In this document: positions 1 through 14,351 of the stretch, piece by piece
How positions within the stretch are numbered: the stretch's first letter is position 1
Layout of the letters: each line of letters starts with the position of its first letter
NCBI GenBank assembly: GCA_002104905.1
Contig: MCFE01000464.1
Coordinates: forward strand, 6,633 to 70,632
Direction of reading: 5' to 3'
From: Basidiobolus meristosporus CBS 931.73
Taxonomy: Eukaryota > Fungi > Basidiobolomycota
DNA length: 64,000 nucleotides
Program-made: the position numbers and the translations under genes
The notes under the pieces: model-generated
Databases searched by the model: none
What the model saw: the letters and a program-made list of their open reading frames with translations, nothing else
What the model was told of the DNA's origin: nothing

Positions 1-2342
1 AACAAAGTCCCGGAGTATCTGCGAGGCATCCCTGGTACCGAGAACCTAGGTTTTGGGAATCCGAGCCAAATGAGCGGATCTATACAGCCGGTTGGTCTGA
101 GACCAGTGGCCAGAATGGCCCCACTATCCGGCTTCATGGGCAACATGTCTGGCGTCTCAAATAACTCACAAAACGTGTTTTTATCCCAGTTTAACGTGCC
201 TCAGTATAGCAACAGCAACAACAGAAACTTTTCTTCATCTCCCGGCAGTGGCCAGGCAAATGATCAAAGCAAAAACTCTGGTCTAGGGCAATCTCCCAGT
301 AGTAGCACTCAGAGCGAGGAGGATGCTGTCAGAGAAAAGGTGGAGCAGGTTTGGTCACATTCCTACCTGGGCAACACGTCAGGTCTTAGTGCTATCGCTC
401 CCAACAGCGGAAAAGAAGGAACCCCTTCGCCTAAGCAATCTTCCAACCAGAATAATCTGCTTGGTGCCACTTCTCTCCCACCCACCGAAATCACCGAACA
501 CTTGCTTTCGGTTTACTTTAGTACGATCCATCCGCAAATGCCCTTCATTCACAAGCCTTCGTTCTACACTAAACTCAAAAATGGGGAAGTTCCCCCAATC
601 CTGATTTTGAGTATCTGCGCCTGTGTTTCACGCTTTTCCAATCACCCGGGTATATTGGCTGATCCAACTACCAGAAGCGGGGAAATTTTTTCCAACCGGT
701 TTCGTAACATTCTTCTCAAGTGCCTGGACGGTCCTAGTGTTTTCACGACCGAAGCTCTGTTAATTGCCTCCTATTATGAGTATATGAATGCGAGATATCC
801 AAGAGCATGGATGTATCTAGGAATGGCCATTAGGTAAAGTACAAATCATCTGTTTACACCCACTGGTTTCTTTCGAATAGGTTTATTTACGGAGTTTTTC
901 TCTGCAGAATGGCACAAGAGCTAGGAATCAACCGAATAGACGAAAATGACAACACTTCCGAACAATCTTCCAACGATTGGGTCGAGATTGAAACCCAACG
1001 ACGACTCTGGTGGTCGTGTTTCATTCGAGACAGAATCGGCAGTACTGGAACAGGACGGCCCATGGCTATTGACGAGCAAGATAGTAGAGTGTTTCTTCCA
1101 AGCCCCGATTCGAACTGGGAGAACGAAAGGCCAGTACCTGGGCATTTGTTAGAGACATCAGATCAACTTAATACGTCTTTACTCTCGGGCGAATCAGTCA
1201 GCCCATGGTCAATTTTCATACGTTTAGCTGCACTTATGGGCAAAGCCTCGCAATTTGTAAACAGCCCCAAAGACTGTCGGGAGAACTCTGCAGAGAGCGA
1301 TTCCAAGTTTGCTTTTCTGGACGCGGCGTTAACCTCTTGGTCCATGTCTTTACCACAAAATCTTCAATACTCGAGCAACTCGATGATCGAGAAATCACCA
1401 GCAGGGTATGCGCAGACCGCCTTCCTTTGTACTCTTCATATTATGTACCATACCTCGATCATATTACTCCACCGCTCAAGCTTGGATCGAGTCGAGAATC
1501 AGCCTATCTATTCAGCTGCAACTAGCTTTGCCTCCGAGTCGCTGGACAGATGTATTTCTTCTGCAAACACCATTACCACGATCATTCAAGACCTTGACAA
1601 ATTCCCTGCCTGCTATAATTATCCCCACATTTGCTTCTGCATCTTCAACGGTGGCACTATCCATGTTCACACTCTGTTCTCCAGCACCGATTCCGAAACC
1701 ATTGCGGAGGCCAAAGCCAAGCTTGAGATTCATTACCAGGTGCTGCAAAGACTGAAGTCCGTCTGGATCATGGCAGAGAAGTATTGTGCTATTCTCAAGG
1801 GCATCGTAGCGCTTGGGCATCGACCAGCAATGGTCTCCCCCAACACAAACTCGCTTGTCCAAGAACTCAACCAGAACGCTGTCCAGGTTGGGTTTGCATT
1901 TGAGCAGCCGCTCTATCAATTCCCCCCAGATTCGGACTCTGGAATGGTGAATCAGCAGAACAAATCGGGGGGAGTTCCTGGTGAAGATTTTTCTTTTACG
2001 CCCAACTTCATCCCCAACGGCTTCCAGATGATCCCCGACTTCAATAGCCCGAACATCCGTATCGCCAATGGATCAACTGACTTGACCTCGGGTTTTGAGA
2101 ATTTGCTAGATTTACCAATAGCTCAAGGAAACGCGTTTTTCGATACGTTATTTGGGAATATGATGGTTAATCCGATGGACTCGAACCCAACCAACAATTT
2201 ATTTACCCAAATGTACAATCAACCGATGACCCAGTCTGGTAATGATAACAACACTGCCGTCGTTGAAGACCAACAGAACCTCTCCCAAAGCAACAACGGT
2301 GGTATGCAGAGTGTATGGAGTATCAAAAGTAGCACGAGATAA
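1..2342 (+). CDS. Fungal-specific transcription factor (Fungal_trans/MHR domain, Zn2Cys6-type family); 5' end lies outside the window
   Basis: Frame open from base 1. MHR motifs YFSTIHPQMPFIHKPSF, AWMYLGMAIR/MAQELG and RRLWWSCFIRDRIGSTGTGRP. GT-AG intron 834-907 joins ORF 70..837 to ORF 909..2342 in frame. Confidence 0.9.
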
Positions 2343-3706
2343 TCGGAAAAGTCATAGGCATACATATTGGTGTATTTGTTTGCATATCTATACTTCATTG
2401 ACATTTTGTTTCCTTCCTTCGTTCCCTCTATGTATATAGCATTTCTAACATAGATTATTAGGCCATTGATATTTAATACTTATATAAAAAAACAAACAAA
2501 AACCAACGCGCCCCCATACCAAACGAACCTAGCGCGTTTCAGACCAGAGAAAAAAAGAAAATGCCAACCTCCTCCCTGGAATACCCCACCAAGCAGGCTG
2601 ACACATCTTGTGGATCGTGGTATACTATTATCCCTAGCAGAGAGATCCAACGAATCTGGTATCACATTGGGCATATTGCTCTATTCTTTGGGATATTTTC
2701 TTATCCCTGTGCGTGACACACCAGATCTAAAGGAGAGGATCGATGGAGTTTGATAGGATATGTACCTGTGATAAGGATTTCTGGTTGACGTTGACGGACA
2801 AACCGGGGATCCCTGAGACTGCTATGGTTTTTGCGGGAGCGATTGAAAGCGGTCCATCCACAAAGCTGAAGGCTGAGGGCAGCTGCAAGGATTTGGATTC
2901 TGATTTCGTAACTACCAACAAAAGAATACTTCCTGATCCAGCCAGGTCTATATTTGGTTGAAATTCATCCATATTTGCTCAGCTCTCTGAGTAGTTTCCA
3001 TATCCAGGCTGGCTTGAATACATAAACAGACCTGGCAGATATAAACCAAGCAACACGACACGTATATGTAACTTGATCGCTAAACAGGTCCCAAGAAACT
3101 TCTCATCAAGTTCATTCACAGCCACCACATATCCCAAGATGGTCAAGCATCCAGCGTTTGGGACAAACGTGGTGTGCATTAATCCCTGGCATCAAGATCA
3201 TCCCTCTCATATCAAGCTGTATATAGTATTTAGTGATTGGACCATATTTTGACAGGAATCCATTGCCAAATTGGTCTCAGGTGGAATAAATATTACCAAT
3301 GGGTCTCTGGCTAGTACTGTGTCATATACGTTAGCCCAAGTGTAAATTCCAACGATTGGCAAATTCTTCAGCAGTGCTGTTATTTCCTATTGCTGCAGCA
3401 AATCATCAACGATCTGCATCTCCACAGAAAACGGTTGTATTGGATTTGGATGTCTCTCATTGGATATGCCTCCCAGTTTCTAGATTATTGTGTCATTTCC
3501 AACCAACCATGTTGTGAAAGAACTCTCCATTTGTCTGCACATGGCATAGGAATGGAGGCGCCTGTTTTCATATCCATCTCAGTGGGTGTCTGACGGCCGT
3601 AAAAACGGAATATCTTTATTTAAGAAGTTACAATAATAGTAATGAAAATACATACGATTTACAAAATCCCACTGAAGAATATTCGAACAGATAAGGTACA
3701 CTAGGG

Positions 3707-5295
3707 CTAAGGCGATATGAGCTTGATTGAGGTGCTGCCATCTGGGAGATCAGCGGAGGTTGCTGTGGTTGGAATTAACTGTTGATTGCGCACACGAGCA
3801 AGTAGATTCTCAATGGTCTGGATATGTACACGCAGTGGAATATCTTCTATCAATGGGTGGGTGACCTGCTCCTTTAACACCTCCAAGTCCGCTTGAAGTT
3901 CGGATAGCTTCATTAGGATTGCTTGCACTTGACTCATAGCGAGGTGTCGCTGAGTGTCCAATTGCTGAAGCAAGGAGAGATTCTCCTCGAAGAATTTCCG
4001 CTGAATCTTGTTTCCGCCCAGTATAGACCAGAGCTCAGCTAAAAGCTCATCCTTCTGGACGAGTTGCAGGTTTTTCTCACGTGTCGTTATTTCATACACT
4101 CCATTTAAGATAGAATCCAGCTGATCTAGACCACCTAAAGTCTCTTGAGCCAGTAGTATCAGGTCTCGAACGTCGGTGCGCGCCGTTTCCATGCTCGTAC
4201 GATACATGTCTTGAATTTCATCTCTGCTAGGTCCAAAGAGCGACGGGACTATATCCAACCCGTTAGCAAACAATATTAAATTAGCACAGTAGAATCTGAA
4301 TTATACCGAGAAAGTCCATCCAGGAGCTATATAAGCTTCCGTCGATTCCGTCGAGATATTTTAGAAGATAGGAGTTGTGGATAACAAATTTGTCCATTCC
4401 AGTGGTGGCTTTGGCTTGTAAATATTGTATCTGTCGGCCCACTTGTTTGGCCGTACGTTGGAATTCTTGAAGGTGCTCAACCAGCAACTCGGTACTGTCC
4501 AGTCTAGAATAACGAACGGTGGTTTTAAGATCGGTTACGGCCAGCTCTGCCTTTTTCAATTCCAGCGGTAGAGGTACCTTGGAGTTTGTTAGTTGGTTTA
4601 GAATCTCGGAATATACAGTTCCTTGCTTCTCAATCAGCTCGGAAAAATTCGGCGTGCTGCCTGGCCGAGGTGTGTTTCGACAGTCCAAAATATTGCCCAC
4701 GAAAGGGTATCTGCAAACTGCAGAGTGCATTTGGTCAACCAATTCGTGAACTGAACTAGTACCAATATTGATATTCCATATTACAAAAACAACCACAAGG
4801 TACAACGCCAAAAATGGCTTGAGGATGTTTAAGGTGATCATGAACACATCTATACACAGCATAAAAGTTAGTTCCTAAAAGTTTGCGAGTTCTTTAAAAA
4901 AAGGGATACGAACCCCAGATATATTTTAGGAGCGTTCCTACTGCCTCGAATATAAACAGTATACTGTGTTCTGGATATTTCTTTGGCTCCTCACCTGCCC
5001 TGTATTTTTCCTTTCTATCTTTACTCTCTTTGCCGAGCCCGAGTCTTTTTTCCTTCCCAGTATCAGCTAGTTTCTCAGCGCCCGGTTCCAAATCCAGAGA
5101 CAAAGCCTTGCCCTTCTTCTTCTTCTTCTTTTTGGTTTTGTTTGTTTTTTCCTCGGAATTCTCTGCAGCCGGGGTGGTTGAAGAGTCTAGTGAATCTGAC
5201 CGTGGACGGGTTTGTGGTTGAGACGGTGCATTATTTGCGGGCAAAAGAGTCGTCATGGGTTGGTCCGCCGACTGTTGCTCATCAGGATTGTTCAT
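3707..5295 (-). CDS. Uncharacterised single-pass membrane protein with a long helical/coiled-coil C-terminal region; 3 exons
   Basis: ATG at 5295 (MNNPDEQQ). Introns GTTCGT..TAG (4913-4850) and GTATAA..TAG join three long ORFs in frame. Hydrophobic segment PFLALYLVVVFVIWNINI, Lys-rich N-terminus, Cys pair VCRYPFVGNILDCR, heptad-rich tail. Confidence 0.8.
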
Positions 5296-7011
5296 GATCA
5301 GATAGTATTCTGGGGTTGAGGAAATGAAGACACTGGTTTCCGTTAAATAGTGTTGATATGCGGGATAAATACAATGAGGGTACCTCGAGAGGGTGGAGAT
5401 TTGCCACATTCACTAGAGGTTACTACAATTATATAAAACCAAGAATATTATCGATCAGCCTATTGCTCAGTATGCATCCATGCCAAAACTTCATAATTGG
5501 TTGATGATGAGTAGTGTTGACTGCGGCCACCATCGAATGGGTTTTCTCAGGGTCAACATTCATACTTTAACGTCATGCTGACAGTGAACACTGCTTGAAT
5601 CATCGCCGTATTGCTGGCTATAATATTGCGTGAAAGCTGACATCTACCACATCTGGATATGGTACTGTCTTCGCCTACATTTAGAAGTCATAATAATATC
5701 TAAGCAATCTCAGATATCAAGCCAAATTCCCTTTTGGTTGCCCCTAACTTGGCAGACCAGCAGAGTTGACAGACTGACTCTCAGTTATGATGTGTGTAGA
5801 CACCTCATTAAGCCACGAACATTATTAGGTATTTTATGTAGCTTAACTGGTTTGAAGGGAAAGATTTGACGGAAATATGTACATTATTTCGAGCTAGATG
5901 GTTCATGCAGTCCTCGATCCACCTGTACCAGGTCTCCTACCAATTTCAATGAATTCGGAGAAATCCGATGGTGATCAGCTTTGACGGAATCATTCGTTGA
6001 AATTGAGGATCGACTTTCGGTCACTTGGAGCTTTTACCCTTCCAAATGCTACTTTCGATGAGTTATAAATCCATCAAATGAACTACCAAGTTATGATACC
6101 ATTCTGTTCAACGGTATTACTGATCGCCAGTGATTTTCCGATTGCTATATGAAGTGTGATTTTGGCACTCAGCTTAATACTTTAGTATAAGAGATTTGTA
6201 TTGTCGTCTGCTAATCACTTGTTCATAGTTTGACCGTTTCCTTTTCCCGTGGAACATCCTCATTTGGTACTTTATAGTGGTATCCTTCAACTTCATACTA
6301 CGCAAGATGTCAAAATAAAATAAAATTTAAGGTGATGCTGAATTCAGAGCGCTCGTCTCCCAGGTACCATATGTGCTTTTCGATGGTGTGAATATACATT
6401 TGTAAAATCCAAAAAGGTCAAGGCTATACTGTGAGTCATTAATAGAATAAGTAGCTTCCGGGACGAACTTTACATTAGTCAAAGTTGTTTGTAACAAATT
6501 ATAGAAAAAGGAAGTTGACATGTACGCCATACATATCTTCGCAACCCTCGACATGCACCCTCCTTCACCAACTTGGGTAAAAATCCAGAGTAACTGATTT
6601 AGCGGTCTACCTCAAAAGCACAAATTAAAAATCAGAACGATTAGGGTCTTTCCGTCAGTGACAGTAATAGTATATATCACTAAGTGGTACAGGCTTTTTG
6701 AACTCAAAAAACCATATAGTTTGCTATTAAAGATTCTCGAATATTATGCATCACATGGGCCTTTCTTTAAGGTTCTAACATTGACCAGAGTCAGTAAAGC
6801 CGATTGGCTAACTCAATCCTAGCGATGTCTAAATCAAGTTGGCTAATTGAACTACACTCAATTTAGCAACCGCCAAAAAGATCTAGGTATAAACGGCTAG
6901 AGGTGATAGAAGCATAAATAATGGGGAGCGGTAAGCGAAGGGTGTCCGTGAAATGAACTCATACACGTGCAGCAGTAATGGTAAGCCCTACCAGCGACGC
7001 GACATCCTTCT

Positions 7012-8472
7012 ATGAATAGCAACTCCGGTTTAAAAAAAATCCAACAGACTCCCAGTGCAAGCGCTGCCAGCGTAACCGGAGGTATTTACGGAGAGGTTCA
7101 CCAAGGTCTATAGTCCAAGCCAATCCCAGACTCCTGTAGTCGCGTTTAACATTTTGAACACAATCATCGGATCCGGGATACTTGGCTTTCCCTTTGCTGT
7201 ACGGCAAGCTGGTTTCGTCGCCGGATTGATAGTTCTAATCTTTGTGGGGGTGTTAACGGACTTCTCTCTGAGAATACTCATCAAAGCCGGTAGACAGACA
7301 GGAATTTATCATTATTCAACGTTGGCACAAAAATCTCTGGGGAGAGAGCTAATCATGAATTCTATATCAATACCGAGTCATTGATGATACACTTCCTTTG
7401 CTGACCGCACAATATATCCCTGCGATTAGCATATTTCAAAACAGGATCTTTGGGATTCTCGTATGCTCTTTACTCTTTATTTTTCCATTGCTTTTCTTCA
7501 AGACTTTGGCACCTTTGGCCAAATTCTCTGCAATATCAATTGCATGCCTACCAATCATCTGTATTATTGTTGCTGTCTGAGCTCCAACATATGCCGAAGA
7601 TCATTCTGTAGAATGCACAGTCTTTGGAGAGAATATATTTCCAGCGGTCGGCGTTATGAGTTTTGCTTACGCTGTTAGCCACTCAGCGTTCCTCAACTAT
7701 GCCACGTTGGAGAGTCCATCTCAACAGCGGTGGTCTATAGCCACTATCTCTGCAGTCAGCGGCTCTGTAATCATTTATCTTGCGTTCTCCGTAGTTGGGT
7801 ATATGTCCTTCGGCGACGACATAAAGGCCAATATCTTCCAAAACTTCCCAACCGACGATGTTGCCATCAACATTAGCCGTCTGTGCCTCCTCATAACCAT
7901 GTTCCTTACATATCCATGTGTGGTAGGCATTCTATTTCCAACCACTGACATCTCATCATCATTAAAATCCCTCCCTAGTTTTATTCCGCTAGAATGGTGA
8001 CGGACATCACGCTGAAGTTGGAAAGTGAATCAAAGATACCGACAAAAGTGCAGCATGTTGGAGTTAACATTGCCTTGTTTCTTGTTACTTTGGGGATTGC
8101 ACTGCCTGTAAGAGATCTTGGTAAGGTGTATCAGTTGATCGGAGGTATGAGACTTGTAAATCAGTTGAATCAATCTAGGTCTCAATCGCATTAAGACTCA
8201 CCACACCATTGGCTAGCGTTGTGTGCATCTGGCATCTCTTACCTAATACCTGCGCTGATATACATGAGGGTGTTTTGGGACATCGAATGGGTGTGGCACA
8301 AAGTGGCTGGAAAGAGTACCCAAAGCTCAGTTTATTTGGAACTTTCCAGGGGTCGAAAATGAAAACTAATTTTATGGAGGACCTGGGAGTGGCATTTCTC
8401 TTGGTGTTCGGAGTTGTTGCACTCGCCGCTGACACTGGCGGTACCATAAAAAACATCATGCATGGTAATTGA
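7012..8472 (+). pseudogene. AAAP/Aa_trans family amino-acid transporter (AVT2/SLC38A11-like), disrupted
   Basis: Motifs FNILNTIIGSGILGFPFA, GVMSFAYAVSHSAF, GYMSFG and LTYP. Lesions: apparent deletion near 7345 (orphan branch point GCTAAT plus acceptor with no donor), in-frame TGA at 7578-7580, frame change near 8265-8285. Confidence 0.8.
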
Positions 8473-8833
8473 GTTGCATCGCATGAAAATATCCGCTGGT
8501 GGCAATGGGACTTCCACCTCCACAAACAACAGACACACCACAAGCAGGCTGAGGGTTGCGAAACATTAGATTGTAAACGACCACCCATATATTTTAATAA
8601 ATTAGAAGTCACAATAAACCAAATTTCAACCGCTTCCCGCAGACGGGGTGACTGATATATATCAAATGAAAAAAATTGATAGCTGGGCTACACAGCTGAT
8701 GTGTTGATTGGATGGTGAATTCTCTATAATAAAAAAAAAGAAAGGCTTCTAATGATTGTCAATACCTGAAGGAACTGAGCTACCAACTATCCAGTCTAGA
8801 AGCATACCTAAGTGTAGTCAATAACAATCGAAC

Positions 8834-10478
8834 ATGCCGAAGTATTGTGTACTCTGCAATGAGAATAGGGCCGTTATCAAAAGACCCAAGACTGGCCAAC
8901 AGATTTGCCGAGAATGTTTTTACTACGTTTTTGAGACGGAAATTCACAACACCATAACGGATAACAAGTTGTTCAAGCGAGGGGATCGTGTAGCGATTGG
9001 CGCTTCGGGCGGAAAAGGTAGATGAGCGAGATACGTTCTACTGGCGAGAGTTTGGAGCATTTTCCATGGACAATGACTAACTTTGCATTCAAACAAGATT
9101 CCACCGTTCTTGCATATGTATTGAAACTCCTGAATGAACGCTATGACTACGGCCTAGATTTGTTCCTCTTATCTATTGATGAAGGAATTACTGGATATCG
9201 TGATGATTCCCTAGAGGTAAATTACCGCCTTCTACAAACTCTTACTCTCTATGCCTATTACTAAATCGCCTTCGGATAGACTGTTAAACGTAACCAACAA
9301 CAATACGACTTGCCTCTGAAAATTGTGTCCTATGAGCAACTCTACCATTGGACTATGGATGACATCGTAAAAGCGGTTGGACTGAAGAATAATTGTGATT
9401 ATCCTAAATATGCACTTTTGACGATATGGCGTTAACATATATGTGCTTTCAGGTACATTCTGTGGAGTTTTTAGACGACAAGCTCTGGATCGTGGTGCTG
9501 TCATGCTTGGAGTTGATCATATAGTGACCGGCCATAATGCTGATGATATTGCCGAGACTATTTTGATGAATAGTATGTATATCCTTGGTTAGCTCGGTTG
9601 ATTTAAGATTAGTCGGACTAACATATTCCCAGTCCTGAGAGGCGATATCGCTCGTCTTCAACGCTGTACTGAGATTGGCACGACTGGTGAAGGATGCATT
9701 CACAGATCCAAGCCCTTCAAATACACATATGAGAAGGAAATCGTCATGTAAGCACTCGCCAACTCAAAAACTGAAATGCACCCCATTCATGATTTATTAA
9801 CACACGAGGATCTGTTGATTTGTTAGGTATGCCTATTTCAAGAAGCTTGACTACTTCTCGACCGAATGTATATATTCACCAAACGCCTACCGTGGATATG
9901 CTCGTGCATTTTTGAAAGACCTGGAGGCCATTCGACCCAGCGCCATCGTTGGTTAGTGGAAATACTGACTGTTACGGTTCTTCGTTCGAGCACAGATTCA
10001 CCGTGTTCTATAGATATTATCCATTCGGGAGAGGCTTTCGAAATCAAATCGGACACCAAAGCTCCAGTTCAAGGTAGCTAATGCTCCACAGATGGCCTTC
10101 GTTCATATGTTAACAATACTTCTAAACAGTCGGAACTTGCGAACGTTGCGGATACATGTCCAGTAACAACGTATGTAAGGCTTGCGTTTTACTTGAAGGC
10201 TTAAATCGTGGTCTGCCAAAGTAAGTTTTTCCGTGGTGACTTAATCTCTGCCCATGTTTGACAAGTATTTTGCACCTTAAGGCTCGGTATCGGAAAGACT
10301 CATAGACTGGTAAATACCCGCCCATCATACACCTCTCACGTAACCTGGATACTCATTCTGCATCATTTATTCGTAGCGTAAAATCCATGGGGATATGCCT
10401 GAAAACACCGCAACCATCCAACATTTCAGCGAAATCAAGAAAGAGGTTGACCCCCTATCACCATCCCAAGCGCAATAA
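8834..10478 (+). CDS. NCS6: Cytoplasmic tRNA 2-thiolation protein 1 (Ncs6/CTU1); 10 exons
   Basis: N-terminal CxxC and CRECF, PP-loop SGGKDS across intron 9018-9097, SIDEGI, CTFCG, TGHNADD, LRGD, C-terminal CERCGY and CKAC. All introns are GT-AG and keep the frame. Confidence 0.95.
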
Positions 10479-10729
10479 GAACACCCACCGAATTAATTGC
10501 TGTCCTCTCCCCTCCCCTAAAAAGACTCGCAACTTTGTTAGAATTAAAGTGAACGTTATCCACCATGCTGGTTTATTGAGCAAAGGGTGTAAATCATATA
10601 TAAAGTAACAGGAATAGTTGCGTAAGTAAATAATTCTGCATGGACCATATGCTAGTGTTAGTATACCACCTGAATGGTAGGCAGAGTAAAGGAGTGCAAT
10701 TGGGAATAAGACGCCTTTGATCGAGCACC

Positions 10730-13700
10730 TTAGTGAAACAAATGAAGATGATGATGACGGGTTTTCTTCTCAGACTCGCGTGGAGGTAAGGGTGGGGTTG
10801 CAGCTGGAGAAGGTGAGTGATATGAGGCTCTCGATGAGGCCTCTGACCTTGGTGAGGGTGAGGCCGAGGCCGCGGAGGAAAGCGGCGAGTGACTAAGAGG
10901 TCTAGGACTACGACGACTCATTCTTGAAGGTGGGGCTAACGAGCTACGCTTCAGGCCAGCCGTGTTGATTTGTAGCTTAGCGACGTCAGGCAATTGGTCG
11001 ATTCCAGCGGTTCTGGTACGTGTAGGCGCAGGCCGGTGCAGTTCAGTCAGATCCTTAAGGAAGTTATGAGGGGTGATCATATTTGTGGTTCCTAAGATTC
11101 GTTAGCATTATTCCACTGATCATGATAATTGCAGTCACTGGAAATCTTACCAACAACGATATCACGGTCGTAATCTTCGGTCAACTCATAGATGGTGCGA
11201 AGCTCGGAATAAGTGAGACCTCCAGCCATGAAAACAATCACTCGTCCTTTGAGTGAACCACGGTAGCCACCGTTCTGAAGCTAGATGTAAGTTCTCAAGA
11301 AACGTAAGAGGTTTCGAACAATTGGAACTAACCACTGCTGGGTCTCGACGCTTGATCCACTGTGGATCCAGACTGAGAAAAAAATCAATGCAAGTTCCTT
11401 GGAGGTCACATAAGGGTTAAGTAAAGCTTACTATCTAAGCGCGCGAGGAAATACATTGTCCTCCAATTCCTTCTCCTGGTTTTGCTCCTTGACAAAAGGG
11501 AAATTGGCCTCAGGAAGGGTTTGCTTGATTTCGTTCTATAAGACATGGGGGTTTGCGTTGGTAAAGGATTTCCTGTAAGCACCAGATATGCAACGTACTT
11601 CGATTACGCGTTTCAGCATCAAGTCATATCGAATTGTCTCGTCCTTTGACTTCACTCCATACGATTTCAACTTTTTGTAAAGATTGGTGCCCTTTTTTGA
11701 ATCCTAAACACGTCTTTGATAAGAGGCCGAGGTCATGGTACGGATATTAGAGCAATTACCTTCAACACCTTCACCCCCATGTGGGTGATATTATTTAGTG
11801 TAAGATCATCCTCGGAGTTGGCTAGAATGCCTGTTTGATCTCGGATCGTTTGAAGATTCTCCTCCCGAATGCCGTCCTTCGAAGTTAAATAAAGAAGCAA
11901 TAGACGGAGTCGGTTGTCATCACTGGATACGGTGGTGCAAATTAGCCATATGCCACCTCTGGGTAACTGGTTTTTGAACCTACTTGTCTAGCTCTCGGAC
12001 GAGGTGTATGACTTCGTCTAGCATATGCTTTACGGTATTCCCCTCAGCATCTTCCCCAGTAGCTAGAATCTAGTATGAATTCTAGTTTAGCTGCAGCTTC
12101 AACATAGCATTAGAAGTGGATCTGTCTGACTTGTTCCAATGGCACCAACTCCGCGTAATTGTATGTCTGGAATAGCTCCTTACATTCGGTGACCATGGTA
12201 AAATGACAAGAAAGCTATACAACAGCGCACAAAAGAATGAGCCGTCAATCAATCAGCACAGCAGTTTGGATCTAAACTACCTTTTCCTTGAATTCTTGGT
12301 AATCAGGAAGTTGGAAAACTGCCTCTCGGAGTTGCTGAATCATGGCCTGTGGACTCCTGCACCCGAACAAAGATGTTTAATCACAAGAACATGGCGAAAC
12401 AGAAATGACGAAACAGACATCCCAGGCTTGTTTTGAAGCTTCTTCGAGGTAAGCTTATTCAACTCGCTCACCAATTCCTTGATTGTATCAGCGAAATAGG
12501 TGTGTCGGTACTTCACCCAGAGTTGATCATTCTCATCCAGGCTTGCTTTCTTCTCAACCACGTTATTTGTATTATCGGTGATTTCGTACCTTTGCGTGTG
12601 TTGTAAACCATTAGGAAAACCACCGGCAAAGCTTCAGACTGATGAATTGAAATGGAAAGCAACTTACTGATACTTGCGGTCATCTGTTATATCCAACATA
12701 TCATATGCCATTGCCTGGTATGTTATGTCGTGGAGTAGCGGTGCTTTCATATCCAGTGTACGATCTAGAATGATCAATGACGCCCTAGGCTCGGTTGTAT
12801 TTTGCAACTACACACGGACACAAAGGGTGAATCTCTATTTGCTGAATACTTTCAAGATCGCTAGGAACATGGAAATACATATGACTTCTCCTTCACGCTT
12901 AGGTGCTCCAGTTCTTTTTCAACGGCCTTTGCAAGCTGCTCAGCAACCGTGCATGAATTTATTTCGCCGTCGGGCTTGAAATACCGGATAATTGGATTCT
13001 CCTTGAGCGTGTAGCAAGCAGAAGCAATCTGTTGGAGTAAGGGATGCATGAGCATAAGCCACTCTCCACCTAAAACAATCAAGAAAAGCAAACCTTCTTA
13101 GCAATAACTTCAAGCTCTTTTGGAAGATTATCCTTCAACTCGCTAGAAAACAACCTGACAATACTTTGATGCAACTTTAGATCAAAGAGTCTGGTTTCAG
13201 GCGCTGCAAGTGGGTAAACGGTTATTCGTGAACCGGTACACATACTGCGAAGAAAAAGCATACTAAAAAGATCCACGTAAACTTCTTTGATGGATTTGAT
13301 ATACTTCATGGCGGGCGAAGATAGCAGATTATGATAATACCCGTCATCTAAATCTAAGCTCGACAAACTCTAGTCAACATGGTAGTCTATCCAATCCAAA
13401 TAGCTGAAACTACCTGAGATGAAATACACAAAGGCCGATTTATACCGGAGCTTCTGAGCATTCTGGAAATCCTCCATCAAAGCAACCACAGACTCATGGC
13501 TAGGAGTCAATAAATACAAGGCATTATAGTTTGAGTAATCGTTCTTTTCCCCCTGTCCAATAACGACAACCTCTGAAAAATACCAACGAGAGAATCGTGT
13601 TAAGTTCCCCAGATAAGAAGATGCTTGAGACAGAACAGTATGTCAAGTTGTCTTAACGTTTACCTCCGATATGGCCGTAATATATCTCAGTATCACCAAT

Positions 13701-13936
13701 CACTTCACCCAGCAGTCTTCTCGAGTGAGCATCAGTGACAAGAATGTACGTTTCCTTTGACGCCTCCATCACTTGAAGTATGTCCAGAAAACCTGAAAGT
13801 AAAAATGTTTAAACAGAGTCGCTGGGTAGATGAGGTCTGCCGAATGCTTTACTGAAAGCCAAAGCCAATATAAACAGATGCTGCTCTTACGTTTTCTAAC
13901 TATCTGACGAATGGATATGGAAGTGATTTCCGACAT
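10730..13936 (-). CDS. SEC1: Sec1/Munc18-family SM protein; multi-exon
   Basis: Start MSEITSISIRQIVRKRFLD. Spliced exons give ALYLLTP, KIASACYTLKENPIIRY, an LDRTLDMKAPLLHD-type segment, DENDQLWVKYRH and MAGGLTYSELRTIYEL. Low-complexity Ser/Pro tail. Confidence 0.9.
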
Positions 13937-14351
13937 GTTCGTAAGCTCGACTTTTCAGAAAGCCAACAGAATCTCTACGAAAACAGCGGGTAAAGTATGA
14001 GAACCCTCGAGACCCAATACTCCTTTTATGTCACCTTGGAAACACAAAGGATGTGTGTGATGCTCCGAGTTTGGGCCGTCAATTACCTCTAATCAATGGG
14101 CTAAATTGAGATAAATCGTTTAAGGGGAGTTTAAGTAAATTCATAGCATTTGGCCATCCCATCCATATTCCAACGTCCCAATATCACCTTCATGGAGGAA
14201 ATCCAGATGGATCATTAATTTCTATGGGCTTAGTTGTGCGACAAGCCTTTAGAGAAATTATTGGGAGTTTATTGGGCATTATTACATGAACTCCATGTTG
14301 ATGTCTGGTGGTGGAGCTATACCAAGAAGCTAGATAGATCGATATTATACT

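Noticed and set aside
2466-3593. Several short ORFs on both strands between the transcription factor and the membrane protein
   Set aside because: No recognisable motif and no consistent splice chain in any frame.
4850-4913. GTATCCCT on the minus strand, resembling a U12 (minor) intron donor
   Set aside because: That donor breaks the frame. The GTTCGT donor 4 nt upstream, with an ordinary ACTAAC branch point, restores it, so this is a U2 intron.
7578-7580. Premature TGA as a site of A-to-I stop-codon correction or readthrough
   Set aside because: The same gene also has a deletion and a frameshift, so plain decay explains it.
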